From Eledone cirrhosa (taxonomy: Eukaryota), in contig OZ024745.1 in NCBI GenBank assembly GCA_964016885.1, positions 97,402,001-97,466,000 on the forward strand: a stretch of DNA of 64,000 nt, read 5' to 3'. Below are positions 1 through 12,350 of this stretch, in pieces (position 1 is the first letter of the stretch; each line of letters starts with the position of its first letter). The translations under genes were made by a program, and so were the position numbers. The notes under the pieces were generated by a model, which was given only the letters and a program-made list of their open reading frames with translations, was not told where the DNA came from and did no database searches.

Positions 1-318
1 AGCATACATCTGTACACACACATCCAAGCTTACACCTTTACACACACACACACACATCCAAGTATACACCTTTACAAACACACACATCCAAGCATATATC
101 TATACACACACACATATCCAAGCATACACCTTTACACACACACACACATCCAAGCATACATCTGTACACTCACACACATCCAAGCATACATTTGTACACT
201 CACACTCACACACACACACACACACACATCCAAGCATACACCTTTACACACACACACATCCAAGCATACATATGTACACTCTCACACACACATACACACA
301 CACATCCAAGCATACACC

Positions 319-380
<62 letters not shown>

Positions 381-400
381 ACACATATCCAAGCATATCC
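1..400. repeat. (CA)n-rich minisatellite, ~30-bp unit (CATCCAAGCATACACCTTTA + (CA)n)
   Basis: CATCCAAGCATAC recurs about 10 times, separated by CA runs. Confidence 0.9.
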
Positions 401-696
401 ACTGCACTGAGTACTTTACTTACTGTGGTACCCCCGATTGAACTCAGGACCCACATATATATATATGAGTCCAGAATTAGCCGTCGAAACGGCTTGAGCT
501 CTGCCGTCGGGGTCATACTTGTTCCTAAATGTATATATATATTAAAATAACAGATTAAAGTTATTAAGCAAAGAATCGTTGCTTTCGCTCTTAACGGGAT
601 CTTCTGAAACACCTATATATATATATATATATATATAATCCTCATCGAGCCCTCTTCGGATTTTAGTCTTCACATTTATTATTATTACTATATATG

Positions 697-749
<53 letters not shown>

Positions 750-753
<4 letters not shown>

Positions 754-818
754 ATACTTTGGGAGGGTCATGTTGCCAGTAAGAGACACACGCACCATGA
801 CCCTCCCAAAGTATAACA
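750..818. mobile_element. 69-bp foldback mini-element with TGT...ACA termini
   Basis: Perfect 23-bp arms TGTTATACTTTGGGAGGGTCATG / CATGACCCTCCCAAAGTATAACA, flanked by ATAT on both sides; a related left arm occurs at ~32733. Confidence 0.6.
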
Positions 819-899
819 ATATCGGTTTCAACACACGTTTTCAGATAAAGAATCGTGCTAAACAAATTCAGAAACGAAATATATATATATATATGGGGG

Positions 900-957
<58 letters not shown>

Positions 958-965
958 ATGTATGT

Positions 966-1045
<80 letters not shown>

Positions 1046-1859
1046 ACAGATATATAGATAGATAGTGATGTATTATATTATACTACATTCAATTAAACAA
1101 TTTCTTTTCGCATAAACTTGAAAATTCGATGAAACATATGGCCATCTGTGACTATTCTCGACATTTAACCTCCTCTTGAGTCCTTTAATTGAGAATGGCG
1201 GCTAGTACGTACTAGCCCTTTAAATATATTTGTGTGTGTCTGTGTGTGTGTGTGTGTATGTGTGCGTACATATATATTGATTTATCATTAAATATATTCA
1301 GCTGTTTAGCTGTATACACTCACACATATTTTCACATAATTATGGACATGTCCACCCATTGTCACACACATACACTGGAACACTAACGCATAAATTCACA
1401 AACACATACACACACTCACTCCCTCACTCCCTCACTCAATCACATACACTCTTGAATTCACAAATTATCTTTCCTTGCCTGTCTTTCTTTCCCTTTTTTT
1501 ATTTCACTCTCGTCTCCGTCTTTCTCTCACGCACACATAGTCACATACACACAAACAACCTAACAGGCAAACACATACACACACAAATATTATAAATGCA
1601 ATGAGTGGCGTCACGCTTCTCTGCCTCCTCTATTTTTATTAGTATCATTTTTTAGTGGCCATAGTAAGGCAGAGAGAATAGTTAATTGCTTTCTGAGCCA
1701 ATATTAAGTTCTTATATTTTGTGTGTTTATAATTTTCCCTCATTCATTATTGACGTGGTGTAAGTAAACTAGTTCCAATTGGGAAACAAAAACTGTATGA
1801 CGATATCACCTCTTGCGTATGAGACTGTTGCTGTCTTGGGCTGTTGTCGTTCGTCTGGG

Positions 1860-2350
1860 ATCAGTGATCAGGGATCAGGGATCAGTTTCCAGAGCTCATC
1901 GTGAAGAGGTCGAGATCAGAGATCAGTGATCAGTTTTCAGGACTTACCGTGAAGAGGTCGTGATCAGAGATCAGTGATCAGTTTCCAGGGCTCACCGTTA
2001 AGAGGTCGAGATTAGAGATCACTAATGAGTTTCCAGGGCTCGCCGTGAAGAGGTCGAGATCAGAGATCAATGATCAGTTTCCAGAGCTCACCGTGAAGAA
2101 GTCGAGATCAGAAATCAGTGATTGATCAGTTACCAGGGCTCACTGTGAAGAGGTCTAGATTAGAGATCAATGATCAGTTTCCAGGGCTCACTGTGAAGAG
2201 GTCGAGATCAGAGATCAGTGATCAGTTTCCAGGGCTCATCGTGAAGAGGTCGAGATCAGAGATCAGTGATCAGTTTCCAGGGCACAAAGTGAAGAGGTCG
2301 AGATTGGAGATCAGTGATCAGTTGCCAGGGCTCACCGTGAAGAGGTCGAC
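1860..2350. repeat. 48-bp minisatellite, ~10 copies
   Basis: Unit GATCAGTTTCCAGGGCTCACCGTGAAGAGGTCGAGATCAGAGATCAGT; explains the 16-aa periodic ORF 2118-2414. Confidence 0.95.
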
Positions 2351-2984
2351 AACTTGTGCCCCAACAGTGACATCAAATTGTCAAAGACTACACCAGTCAA
2401 CATACTCGATATAACAAGAATGACAGCAGCAGCACGGTAGTGGAATGGACCTCCGTTGGTTTCGACGATCTGTGTTCCAGTTGTTTGATCAAGGGAACAG
2501 CTTGCTCATGAAATTAACGTACAAGTGGCTAAAGACTTGGAACAAGGCGACCTTACGCGTCGTTACAAATATTTTTTTCCTAATTTTACAAGGAGGAAAG
2601 TGTAACTGCAGCATTTTCAGCAAGCTACACTGCCTGGCATATACTGTTCCCCAACCTAAGTCCAGATAACTGATCAGACAGTCCACAAACAGAAGAAACA
2701 GAAAGATAAATTGCTAATTATTTAGCGGGTTGGTATCATAATTCTCAACATTTTCAGTTAACCGACCAAACATTTCAATGTTTTGACCTCTTCATTCACA
2801 ATCAAATGAATCCCTCTTTTCGTTTCTGTATACTGCTTGATAACTGTACAAACCATGGGCGGTCAGCTCATAAACAAGACTCTAGGATCGTAGGAAAGTA
2901 ACAACGATTAACTCACACATTATTTTAATACACATTGTCCTTGCTGAAAACTGGTTGAATTACTTGCTATTGTTAATAAATATT

Positions 2985-3240
2985 TCTAACATTGGCACAA
3001 AGCCAGTAATTTAGGGGTGGTGTAAATTCGATTATATGGATTCTGGAAGGATGAAAGGTAAAGTTGACCTCGGAAGCATTTGAACTCAGGACGTAGAAAG
3101 TCGTGATTGGTACTTTATTAATCGACCCGGGAAAGATAAACGATAAAGTTAACCTCGGCAGGATTTGAATTCAGAACTTAAAGAACCGAGACAAATACTG
3201 CTAAACAGTTATCCGACGCTCTAGCCACCCCGCCAATAAC
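2985..3240 (-). mobile_element. Degenerate tRNA-derived SINE fragments (two partial copies)
   Basis: Two diverged copies of GGATGAAAGG(C)AAAGTT(G/A)ACCTCGG...TTTGAACTCAG. Confidence 0.75.
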
Positions 3241-3524
3241 TGCCCACTGGTATTGTTGATAATGTATGTTATTGATAATTTTATTTGTGATGTATATTAT
3301 GCAGATGTTATTTAGCCCTTGGTCAGCTCTGATAAGCATTCCAAATTGACCAACCCCTCTTTATTTTCGTTTTTCTGGCAGATTGCATATAGGATCAAAT
3401 TATCCAATGTGGCATTCCTATTTTTAAAATAGATGTGGCTGCTATTTCGTTGGCTTCTACAATATGTTATTTATTAGTATTGATGTCACTACTGCTGCTC
3501 TTAATATTGTATGTTAATACTTAC

Positions 3525-3728
3525 CTTGTTTTTGTCACAGCTTTTGTGGGGGGGGGGTCGATTTATTCCAAACATCAAGCACTAATCCATGAATAGGATA
3601 TACATTATGGTCAAAGAAGGATAAATGGTTGTCACGGTGGTGGAGAAAGTATTCACAGCTTTGCTTAAGAACCGAGAGCTAACGTTCAATTTCTGGTGTT
3701 GTCTTTTTCATAGGACAATACAATTAGA
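3525..3728 (-). other. Candidate 204-nt exon (non-coding or pseudogenised)
   Basis: On minus strand: polypyrimidine tract TCTCTTCTTTCTCACTCTGTATCTTCTCACGTTTTAG acceptor and AAG|GTAAGT donor; stops in all three frames. Confidence 0.35.
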
Positions 3729-4579
3729 CTAAAACGTGAGAAGATACAGAGTGAGAAAGAAGAGAATGAGTGAAGGTGAGGAAGTGCCAAACCATTAGAA
3801 AACTAGCGTGTTGTTTGGTAGTTTACAGACCCCCGTTCAAATCATGTCACACGAAAATATTGATTTCTAAGAACTAATATAGACATTTTAGATATTGTAC
3901 TTGTCTAGAAAGTGATTTGATCTGAGATCATCTGGTTGAAATTAAAGCAATTACGTCGTGGAAGATTCCTTTTATCCACAGATGTATTTGGCTGGTAAGT
4001 GCCTTGATCTAAGACTGTGTTGAAACTAAAGCAATGACAGCATGGAAGAGACATTTTATCTATTAAAAAACCCACAAAACCTGTTTACTCTATATTTTTT
4101 TTATTTAATGGTGTCAAAATTGTTGTCACCCCTCTGCGACCTGGCCATTAACATAGTTCCGTTGCAACAACTAAATAAATATTTATTTATCCAAAGTATT
4201 AATGCGATGAATTCCTTAATCTCTCATTATCAGATGTTAAAGTAGAATCAACTGCATTGAGCTGATCCCCGAAGATCTTGTTCCTAATCCCAACAGCTCA
4301 ACTAAAAGATAAAATACAATGTTCGGCTCAGTAGTTTACAACATCAACACACACTTGATCAATTTCTATGCTACCTTTTCGTGATATTTACACTAATAAC
4401 CCATTGACTGGTGTAATAACTAAATTCAATTGCATGAACTTAAGTGATCAGATCAGAAATATTCAATGAAGTGTGATTAGCTTTGCAAACGATTTCCTTC
4501 GTAGAAAATCTCATTATCTATTTCTGTCAGCAGAGTAAATTGAAGCAATACAAAATACAGTGTTCTGCCCTGAAATACA

Positions 4580-5388
4580 CCGTTAGAGCTGGCATTAGAT
4601 ACCGTCTGACATTCTCTGGGTAGATAGTCTAAATAAACCGGAAGTGCTGGCAATAGATATCGTCTGACATTCTCTGGATATATAGTCTAACTACGCCGGA
4701 AGTGCTGGCAATAGTTATCGTCTGACATTCTCTGGGTAGATAGTCTAAATACACCGGAAGTGCTGGCAATAGATATCGTTTGACATTCTCTGGATAGATA
4801 GTCTAACTACACCGGAAGTGCTGGCATTAGATATCGTCTGACATTCTCTTAGGAGATAGTCTAAATAGACCGAAAGTTCTTGCAATAGATATCATCTGAC
4901 ATTCACTTAGTAGATAGTCTAACTACGCCGGAAGAGCTGGCAATAGATATCATCTGACATTCTCTGAGTAGATAGTCTAAATACACCGGAAGTGCTGGCA
5001 ATAGATATCGTCTGACATTCACTGAGTAGATAGTCTAAATACACCGGAAGTGCTGGCAATAGATATCGTCTGACATTCACTGAGTAGATAGTCAAACTAC
5101 ACCGGTAGAACTGTCAATAAATATCGTCTGACATTCTCTGGATAGATAGTCTAACTACACCGGAAGTGCTGGCAATAGATATCGTCTGACATTCTCTGGA
5201 TAGATAGTCTAAATACACCGGTAGAACTGTCAATAAATATCATCTGACATTCTCTGGATAGATAGTCTAACTACACCGGAAGTGCTGGCAATAGATATCG
5301 TCTGACATTCTCTGGGTAGATAGTCTAACTACACCGGAAGTGCTGGCAATAGATATCATCTGACATTCTCTGGGTAGATAGTCTAAAC
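4580..5388. repeat. 58-bp minisatellite, ~14 copies
   Basis: Unit CCGGAAGTGCTGGCAATAGATATCGTCTGACATTCTCTGGATAGATAGTCTAACTACA; period 58 (4638 to 4696). Confidence 0.97.
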
Positions 5389-6436
5389 CTTTATCTCTGC
5401 AACTATCTCATATAGAAATCATTCTTTACATAAAAACAATTCCTGGTAGATATTTATTTCAAGAGACAGCGGGAAGTTCTAAGCGAATTAGAGTCGTGGA
5501 TGAATGACGGAACCCCGATTGAGATGTGGTTTCCATCGCCAGAACTTACTGTCATGCATGCGAGAATTATAGCTATGCTTCTTGACCGTTTTCTAACAAA
5601 TTACAGTCGATTGAATCAACCCAAGTACATTACTGGTACTTATGTTATCGATCCCTTAGGAACAAGAATTTGATTTCCCGACAGGATTTGGATTAAGCTC
5701 ATATAAATAAGGAATCAAATACTGCGAAACATTTAATGTCTGCGTAGGTTACCGTTTCTGGCAGATCATTTTATACTCGGGAGTAGTGATAACTGGCGAG
5801 GTTAAAATTGCACACATTTATACAAGTAAATATGATGATCTGTGGCGTTCATTTCCATTAGCCAAATCTCATTCGAATCACAAACTATGCTCTTAATGTA
5901 GTCCTAAGTAACACAGTGTCTTAGAAGAAAAAAGATGAAGCGGTAACGATTAAAGTGCATTTAATCAAAAGTCTATTGGATCAGGGTTAACAGCAACTAT
6001 AACAATAAACAGTTTTGGTTTTGCCCAAAGGGACAAATATTACATTATTCTAAATACAGCATTAAAGCTTTGTACTGGAAAAATCTCTGAAACCATTGTA
6101 CGAATCCAATAACTGCTTTAGAGAGAATTAATTTTCAGTTGTTGAAAAGAAAACTCAATCCCAAGAAAATAGATCGATATTGAAGATATTACTTTCCATG
6201 TAATATGTGCATATTTTGAATTCCTATGGGTTGACATTGATTAATAATTTCGCCATTACATTTTCAGATCTGGCATAGTCCATTCGTTTAAAGGAAGAGG
6301 AAGAAAGAAAATTTACAGCCTACTATTTGATGATATGAAAATAATACAGTCATATGATAATGTTATAGTTATTCACGACTTTAACTAGGATTAAAGTAAA
6401 CATTCATTCATATATGCAAATACACGAGGAAGGAAC

Positions 6437-6522
<86 letters not shown>

Positions 6523-6532
6523 AATATATTAT

Positions 6533-6567
<35 letters not shown>

Positions 6568-6570
<3 letters not shown>

Positions 6571-7236
6571 ATAATAATAAAATTGAAGACTAAAATCCAA
6601 AGAGGGCTCGATAAGGAAAATATATATCAAATATATAAGAACCGTAGAGCAAATATTTATTAAAATAACAGATTAAAGTTTAAGCAAAGAATCGCTGCTT
6701 TCACCCTTAACGGGATCTTCTGAAACTAACAAAGTCAATCTGTAAACGCAGAACTGGATATTTCAAAAAACGTTGCAACCGGAGGAAGACAGGAAGACGA
6801 TACTTTGGTTCGTGGTAACGTTCGCTGGCAAAGAACGGGAAAAAACGAATAATACGTCATTAATAGGAGCGGTGAAAAACAATTACGCGCAAAGACAAAA
6901 CCACGTTTATGGTATAAAAGAGGTCGTAGACTAATGTTCTCTTAGGTGGTGCATAGAGACGTTCTCTGGCAATGAACGAAAAAACGAAGATAATAAGTCA
7001 TATGTGGAGCGTGGAGAACAATAGCACGCAAAGACAAAACCACGTAAATGGTATAGCAGAAATCGTAGACTAAAATTCTAACTAGGAGACCAAATGAACC
7101 TCCGCTACAGAGTTAAGAACAAAGTAAATAAATACAATACAGAAGTAATAGAAACAAATAAATACATACACGCAAACAGATACGTACATACACAAGCATA
7201 CGCAAAACCATACCATGGGTATACAAAACCACGCAC

Positions 7237-7297
<61 letters not shown>

Positions 7298-7720
7298 ATA
7301 TAAATATATATATATTTGATATATATTTATCCTTATCGAGCCCTCTTTGGATTTTAGTCTTCAAATTTATTATTATTACTATATATTTATATATATATAT
7401 TATATTTATTAAAATAACAGATGAAAGTTTAAGCAAAGAATCGCTGTTTTCACCTTTAACGGGATCTTCTGAAACTAAAATAATCAATCTGTGAACGCAG
7501 AAGTAAATATTTCGAAAAACGTTGCAACCGAAGGAAAACAGGAAGACGATACTTTGGTTCGGGAAGACGTTCCCTGGCAATGAACGGAAAAAAGATAATA
7601 CGTCGTTATGTGGATCGATGAGAACAATACACGCAAAGACAAAACCACGTTTATGTTATAAATGGAGTCGTAGACTAATATTCTATTTAGGAAACCGAAT
7701 GATTCTCGGCTTCAGACTTA
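6568..7720. mobile_element. Rearranged dispersed repeat with direct and inverted partial copies; possibly a PLE pseudo-LTR remnant
   Basis: Block TGAAGACTAAAATCCAAAGAGGGCTCGATAAGG at ~6584 is inverted at ~7330, ~8840 and ~640; block TTAAGCAAAGAATCGCTG...GGGATCTTCTGAAAC at ~565, ~6680, ~7430; all abut (TA)n tracts. Confidence 0.6.
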
Positions 7721-7721
7721 A

Positions 7722-7897
7722 GAATAATTGTTTCTACTTCTGGCACAAGGACAGCAATTACCCAGTACATTACTGGTACTTTATTTTATCGACCCCATAA
7801 GGATGAAAGGCAAAGTTAACCTCGGCGGGATTTGAACTCAGAGTGTAAAGGGACGTAACTATGCTAGAAAGCATGGCGTCCAACCCTCTACTGCCAA
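7722..7897 (-). mobile_element. tRNA-derived SINE with Nin/Deu-like core
   Basis: Reverse complement of the family copy at 30446-30668. Confidence 0.85.
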
Positions 7898-7974
7898 GAA
7901 TAATGTAAATAAATTAGTAGAACGAAAATGACAGGTTATTAAAATCATAAAAGTAATAATAATTAAATATATAC

Positions 7975-8555
7975 ATCTTGGTTGTCCATCGTGAACGATG
8001 ATGACATCTTCTTTAATTTAGTGGGCATGAAGGTGACTGTGAAGGCCGATCCTTGACTTGCAGGTCCGGGGAAATCGCCACAGGGCTTTGAGAGTGCACG
8101 CTAAAGAAGAAACCTGTGCGGGAAAGGTTTATAGTGGGAGAGCCAGTGCACAGTGACGGTCCCACTCACTCAGCCGCAGAAGCCAGAATCCGGTGGTACG
8201 GAGGACCATCACGACCAGGGACTTCCTTGGCTGCAGTGGATGGCCACGACGTCTGTAGTGCCATGCCGTGCCCTAGCGCTCCACACCACTTGCTGTCGCC
8301 GCCTTCGTGACCGTTGGGACGATGTTGTCCTCCTCCACTCACTCTGCCGGGTCCAGTCTTCGCATGCAGGGTCAGGCATCCCCTATCTAACTCATCGGGA
8401 GGTTTCGGACCCGTCCGGCTACCCTCAACCTGGTTCGGCCCGCCAGCCAAGGCGGTTTACCAGGGTGTGGCCGCTGTCGCATGCTACAGCTTCTTGGGGC
8501 CACATGTTAAAGCTGAGTGTCAGATGGGACCCAATGCAGGACGAGCAGTCTTGAA
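7975..8555 (-). mobile_element. Non-autonomous RTE-clade LINE derivative (5' UTR-like part joined to the ORF 3' end)
   Basis: Minus strand ~8065-8019 encodes ..TCKSRIGLHSHLHAH*, matching the RTE C-terminal SRIGLxSH motif; the GC-rich upstream part resembles RTE 5' UTRs. Confidence 0.65.
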
Positions 8556-8561
8556 AGGGCA

Positions 8562-8745
8562 TGGCTGTATCGGTAGAGGGTCAGACGCCATGCTTTCACG
8601 CATGGAGTTACGGCCCTTTCCATTCTGAGTTCAAATCCCGCCGAGGTTAACTTTGCCTTTCATTCTTACGGGGTCCATAAAATAAAGTACCAGTAATGCA
8701 CTGGTTAATTACTGGCCTTGTGCCAAATGTAGAAACAATTATTCT
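8562..8745 (+). mobile_element. tRNA-derived SINE with Nin/Deu-like core
   Basis: A-box-like TGGCTGTATCGG, B-box GAGTTCAAATCC, core GCCGAGGTTAACTTTGCCTTTCAT...AAAATAAAGTACCAG. Confidence 0.85.
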
Positions 8746-9369
8746 TAACTCTGAAGCAGCGATTCTTTGCTTAAACTTTAATCTGTTATTTTAATAAATA
8801 TTTGCTCTAGGGTTCTTATATATTTGATATATAGTTATCCTTATCCAGCCCTCTTTGGATTTTAGTCTTCACATTTATTATTATTACTATATATATATTT
8901 TTTTTTTTATCACATAACCAGTCTGAAGAGCAGATCGATAATGGAGTCGGGTCCATAACTCCTATGGGTAACCTTGAACCAATCCTTTGCGTAACGCGCC
9001 TAATAGGTCGATACGGAATAAATATCTCTTATATGTAAACGAAACTTCCTGTTTTTTTTTCTAATATATAGATATATATATATATGATAATTGCAAAGAC
9101 CAGATGTAGAAATTCATAACTCATTTTATTCGGAATCTGCCGGCGTTCATGATTATGTAATGCAACCACCAACACGACTTCATCAGACTGCATCTTAGGT
9201 AATATTTCGATATGGTTTATAAATAAGGGGACGGGTTGGTACGATGTGTTATTTTTCATTCTGCAGTACAGTATAAATAAAAAGGTCGATCGACTTTCGT
9301 CAGATCGGACCAAGGAGACAATGTTTCCGTTGGTCTTTCCAATTTCTAATACTATCTATCGGTCGCAAC

Positions 9370-9498
9370 TCCAGGTAGAAGGAGCAATGAAATAGAGTGT
9401 CTTGCTCAAGGACATAACGCATCGCCCGGTCCAGGAATCGAACTCACAACCTCACGATTGCGAATCCAGTTCTCTAACCACTCAGTCATGCGACTTCA
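9370..9498 (-). mobile_element. Second tRNA-derived SINE family (CCTTGAGCAAGACAC core), partial
   Basis: Minus strand has B-box GAGTTCGATTCC followed by GTCCTTGAGCAAGACAC; relatives at ~33330-33585 (-), ~34455-34640 (+) and a head at ~12260-12315. Confidence 0.75.
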
Positions 9499-9659
9499 TA
9501 AATGTTACATAATTAAACATTTTTAAATGACAAAAAAGCAATTCATATGGCTGATATTTAAAGTCTGGGATATTTTAACACGAGAAACAAATGATTTACA
9601 ACATAGAAGCTATCAGTTACTATTCTTATTTAATGTTATATATCTGATAAGGTATTGAT

Positions 9660-10203
9660 TGAGAGTAATATATAAGGGATCGATAAGTGGAATATATAAT
9701 AAGTGATCGATAAGTGGAATATATGATAAATGATTGATGAAGTGGAATGTATGATAATGTATCTATCTAGTGTAATGTAGGATAAAAGATCGATCAAGTG
9801 TAACGTAGGATCACGAATCGATCAAGTGTAATGTATGATAAGTAATCGATCAAGTGGAATGTGGGATAACTTATCGATCAAGTGTAATGTATGATAAGTA
9901 ATCGATCAAGTGGAATATATGATAAGGAATCGATCAAGTGTAATGTATGTTATAAGTAATCGATCAAATGGAATGTATGATAAATAATGGATCAAGTGTA
10001 ATGTATGATAAAGTATCGATCAAGTGGAATGTAGGATCACGTATCGATCAAGTTTAATGTAGCATAAGGAATCGATCAAGTGTAATGTGGGATAAAGAAT
10101 CGATCAAGTGTAATACATGTTAGGAGTGATCGATCAAGTGTATTGTATTAGGAATCGATCAAGTTTAATGTATGATAATGTATCGATCAAGTGTATTGTA
10201 TAA
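9660..10203. repeat. 28-bp minisatellite, ~18 copies
   Basis: Unit ATCGATCAAGTGTAATGTATGATAAGTA; period 28 (9791 to 9819). Confidence 0.95.
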
Positions 10204-10205
10204 GG

Positions 10206-10943
10206 CAGAGGTTCTCAATGTGGGCGCTACCATCCACCCCCTACCACACCAGGCGGCGTTGAGAAGGTCCAGGGGGGTGCTGAAGCCTAAGGGGTCGGTA
10301 GAAATGATATAATAATATATTAAATATCAAATGATACATATTATATATAAATATAGTCAAACAAAAAATATATAATATTCATTTATACATAGTATATATT
10401 ATATTATTTACTAGCAGTAGTACCCGGCGTTGCACGGGATAAGGTATTTTGTAATGCGGGGCGCCAACAGACCTAGTCGTGGAAAAACTGCATGCCTGGA
10501 CAATATGTAAAGAAATAAACCGAATACTCTGATGGCTAGATAATCTTTAAGATTTTCCTCGATGAAGCAGGAAAAATGCGGGCCCTAGGGGATCAAGAAA
10601 ATGTTTATGTGCATAATCTGCCTTTAAATTTCGGGAAAATCAGCTAGACGTAACGCCTCCAAAAAGCCCTAAGAAGCTGAAAAAATGAAGTTTTTCACCT
10701 AATGCGGGCCCTAGGCCATAAGAAAGTTGGATTTTCTTTGCTTACGGTATGAAGAAGAGACTCACTAATACATAGTTACAATTTCAAGGAAATCGGTCTG
10801 ACGTAATGCCTCAGAAAACCCCTAACATTCTTAAAAAATGCAATTTTTCACCTAATGCGGGCCCTAGGAGATAAAAAAAAGTTGAATCGGTTGGGTACTT
10901 CAAAAATCGGTTGGGTACTTCTCGAGTTTTAGGGATTCAAACT

Positions 10944-11000
<57 letters not shown>

Positions 11001-11402
11001 CCTCAGGGAAGTGACGTAATGCAGACAGCCAGACATACAGACAGATATTATAAGGGCGCGACGTTATATGTATGTATCTATCTAAAAAGAGAAAGACTAA
11101 GAATTATAGAGCGAGATCCCTAAATCGCCTAATGCATAGGGCATTAAAAATTTGAAATTTGTTTTGCTCAGAACACTCCCTGAAACATAAGTATTACATG
11201 TGTAAAGTTTGAAAACAGTCGGTTGGGTGGTTCTCGAGTTTTAGGGATTCGAACTCACACACACACAGACAGACATCCTCAGTTTTATATATATATAGAT
11301 TATATATAAATTAACGATTTAATTTATTATATATTATTTAGAATTTGCGTGGAAATAGGGTTGAGGGCGCTGAGGGTGGCCCAAAAAATTTGAGAACCTC
11401 TG
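10206..11402. mobile_element. hAT (Charlie-like) MITE interrupted by a Helitron
   Basis: 13-bp TIRs CAGAGGTTCTCAA / TTGAGAACCTCTG; 8-bp flanks (GTATAAGG vs GGCTAGAG) do not match. Confidence 0.8.
10411..11299 (-). mobile_element. Non-autonomous Helitron
   Basis: Minus strand starts A|TCTATATATATATAAAA and ends with hairpin CCCGTGCAACGCCGGG + TACTACTG + CTAG|T; internal AATGCGGGCCCTAGG repeats. Confidence 0.9.
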
Positions 11403-11937
11403 GGCTAGAGTGCTGGCGCGATTTCTTAACAGGGTGGTGTGTTGTGATCTTGATCAAAATACATTATTTCACGCTGTTCTTTCTACCAAGAGTTGTGACC
11501 AGGAAGATTGTCTCAACAATTCAACGACCATTAAAAACATTTTTCCTTGCTTCTTTTTTGCCATAGTTTTCTTTTTGTTGTTTTTTCTTAACCAAAAGAC
11601 TAGCTGCATCAATATACAGGATGGGCCATAATTCATGACTCTCAAGCTTAGCAAAGGACGTGCAATGGTTAATCAAATTTAGAAAAAGTAAATAAATAAA
11701 CCTGTGACGCATATAGAGAAATAAAAATATAAATTAAGAAACCTGCTAAACATATTAAGAAATAAAATAATAAATTAAAACAATACAATAACAATAAAAT
11801 AAGCATGTTAACTCTGTATATTTACAGGTATATACTATAAATATACTTCAAGCCAATTAATAAATACAAAACGAAAGATGTCTCCAGTCGTCCAACCTAA
11901 ACCAACAGAAACATACTACTAATAATAGTTATTATTT

Positions 11938-12157
11938 TAAATAATGGTTTGATTCAGACACAAGGCCAGTAATTTGGGGGGAGAGGAAAGTCGATTAAAT
12001 CGACCCCAGTACGTGACTGGTACTTTATTTTATCGACCCCGTAAGGATGAAAGGCAAAGTTGTCCTCGACGAGATTTGAACTCAAAACTTAAAGTAGCTT
12101 AACTATGCCGCGAAGCATAGTGCCCGGCGCTCTAGCGATTATGCCAATCCACCGCCC
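11938..12157 (-). mobile_element. tRNA-derived SINE with Nin/Deu-like core, near full length
   Basis: Reverse complement of the family copy at 30446-30668. Confidence 0.85.
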
Positions 12158-12208
12158 TCTGTTATTATTTTAAATAATAAAGAAAATAAACAGAACAAAC
12201 AGTAAATA

Positions 12209-12259
<51 letters not shown>

Positions 12260-12350
12260 AATTTAGTGGTTAGGCTGTTTAACTAATGATCGTATGGTTG
12301 TGAGTTCGATTCCCATACATGTGTGTGTATATATTTATACACACACACTC

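Noticed and set aside
2118-2414. Repeat protein with a 16-aa period
   Set aside because: Product of a 48-bp minisatellite; upstream units contain an in-frame TGA and a 4-bp insertion
4580-10203. CRISPR-like appearance of the 58-bp and 28-bp arrays
   Set aside because: Contiguous tandem units with no unique spacers, no cas genes, eukaryotic context
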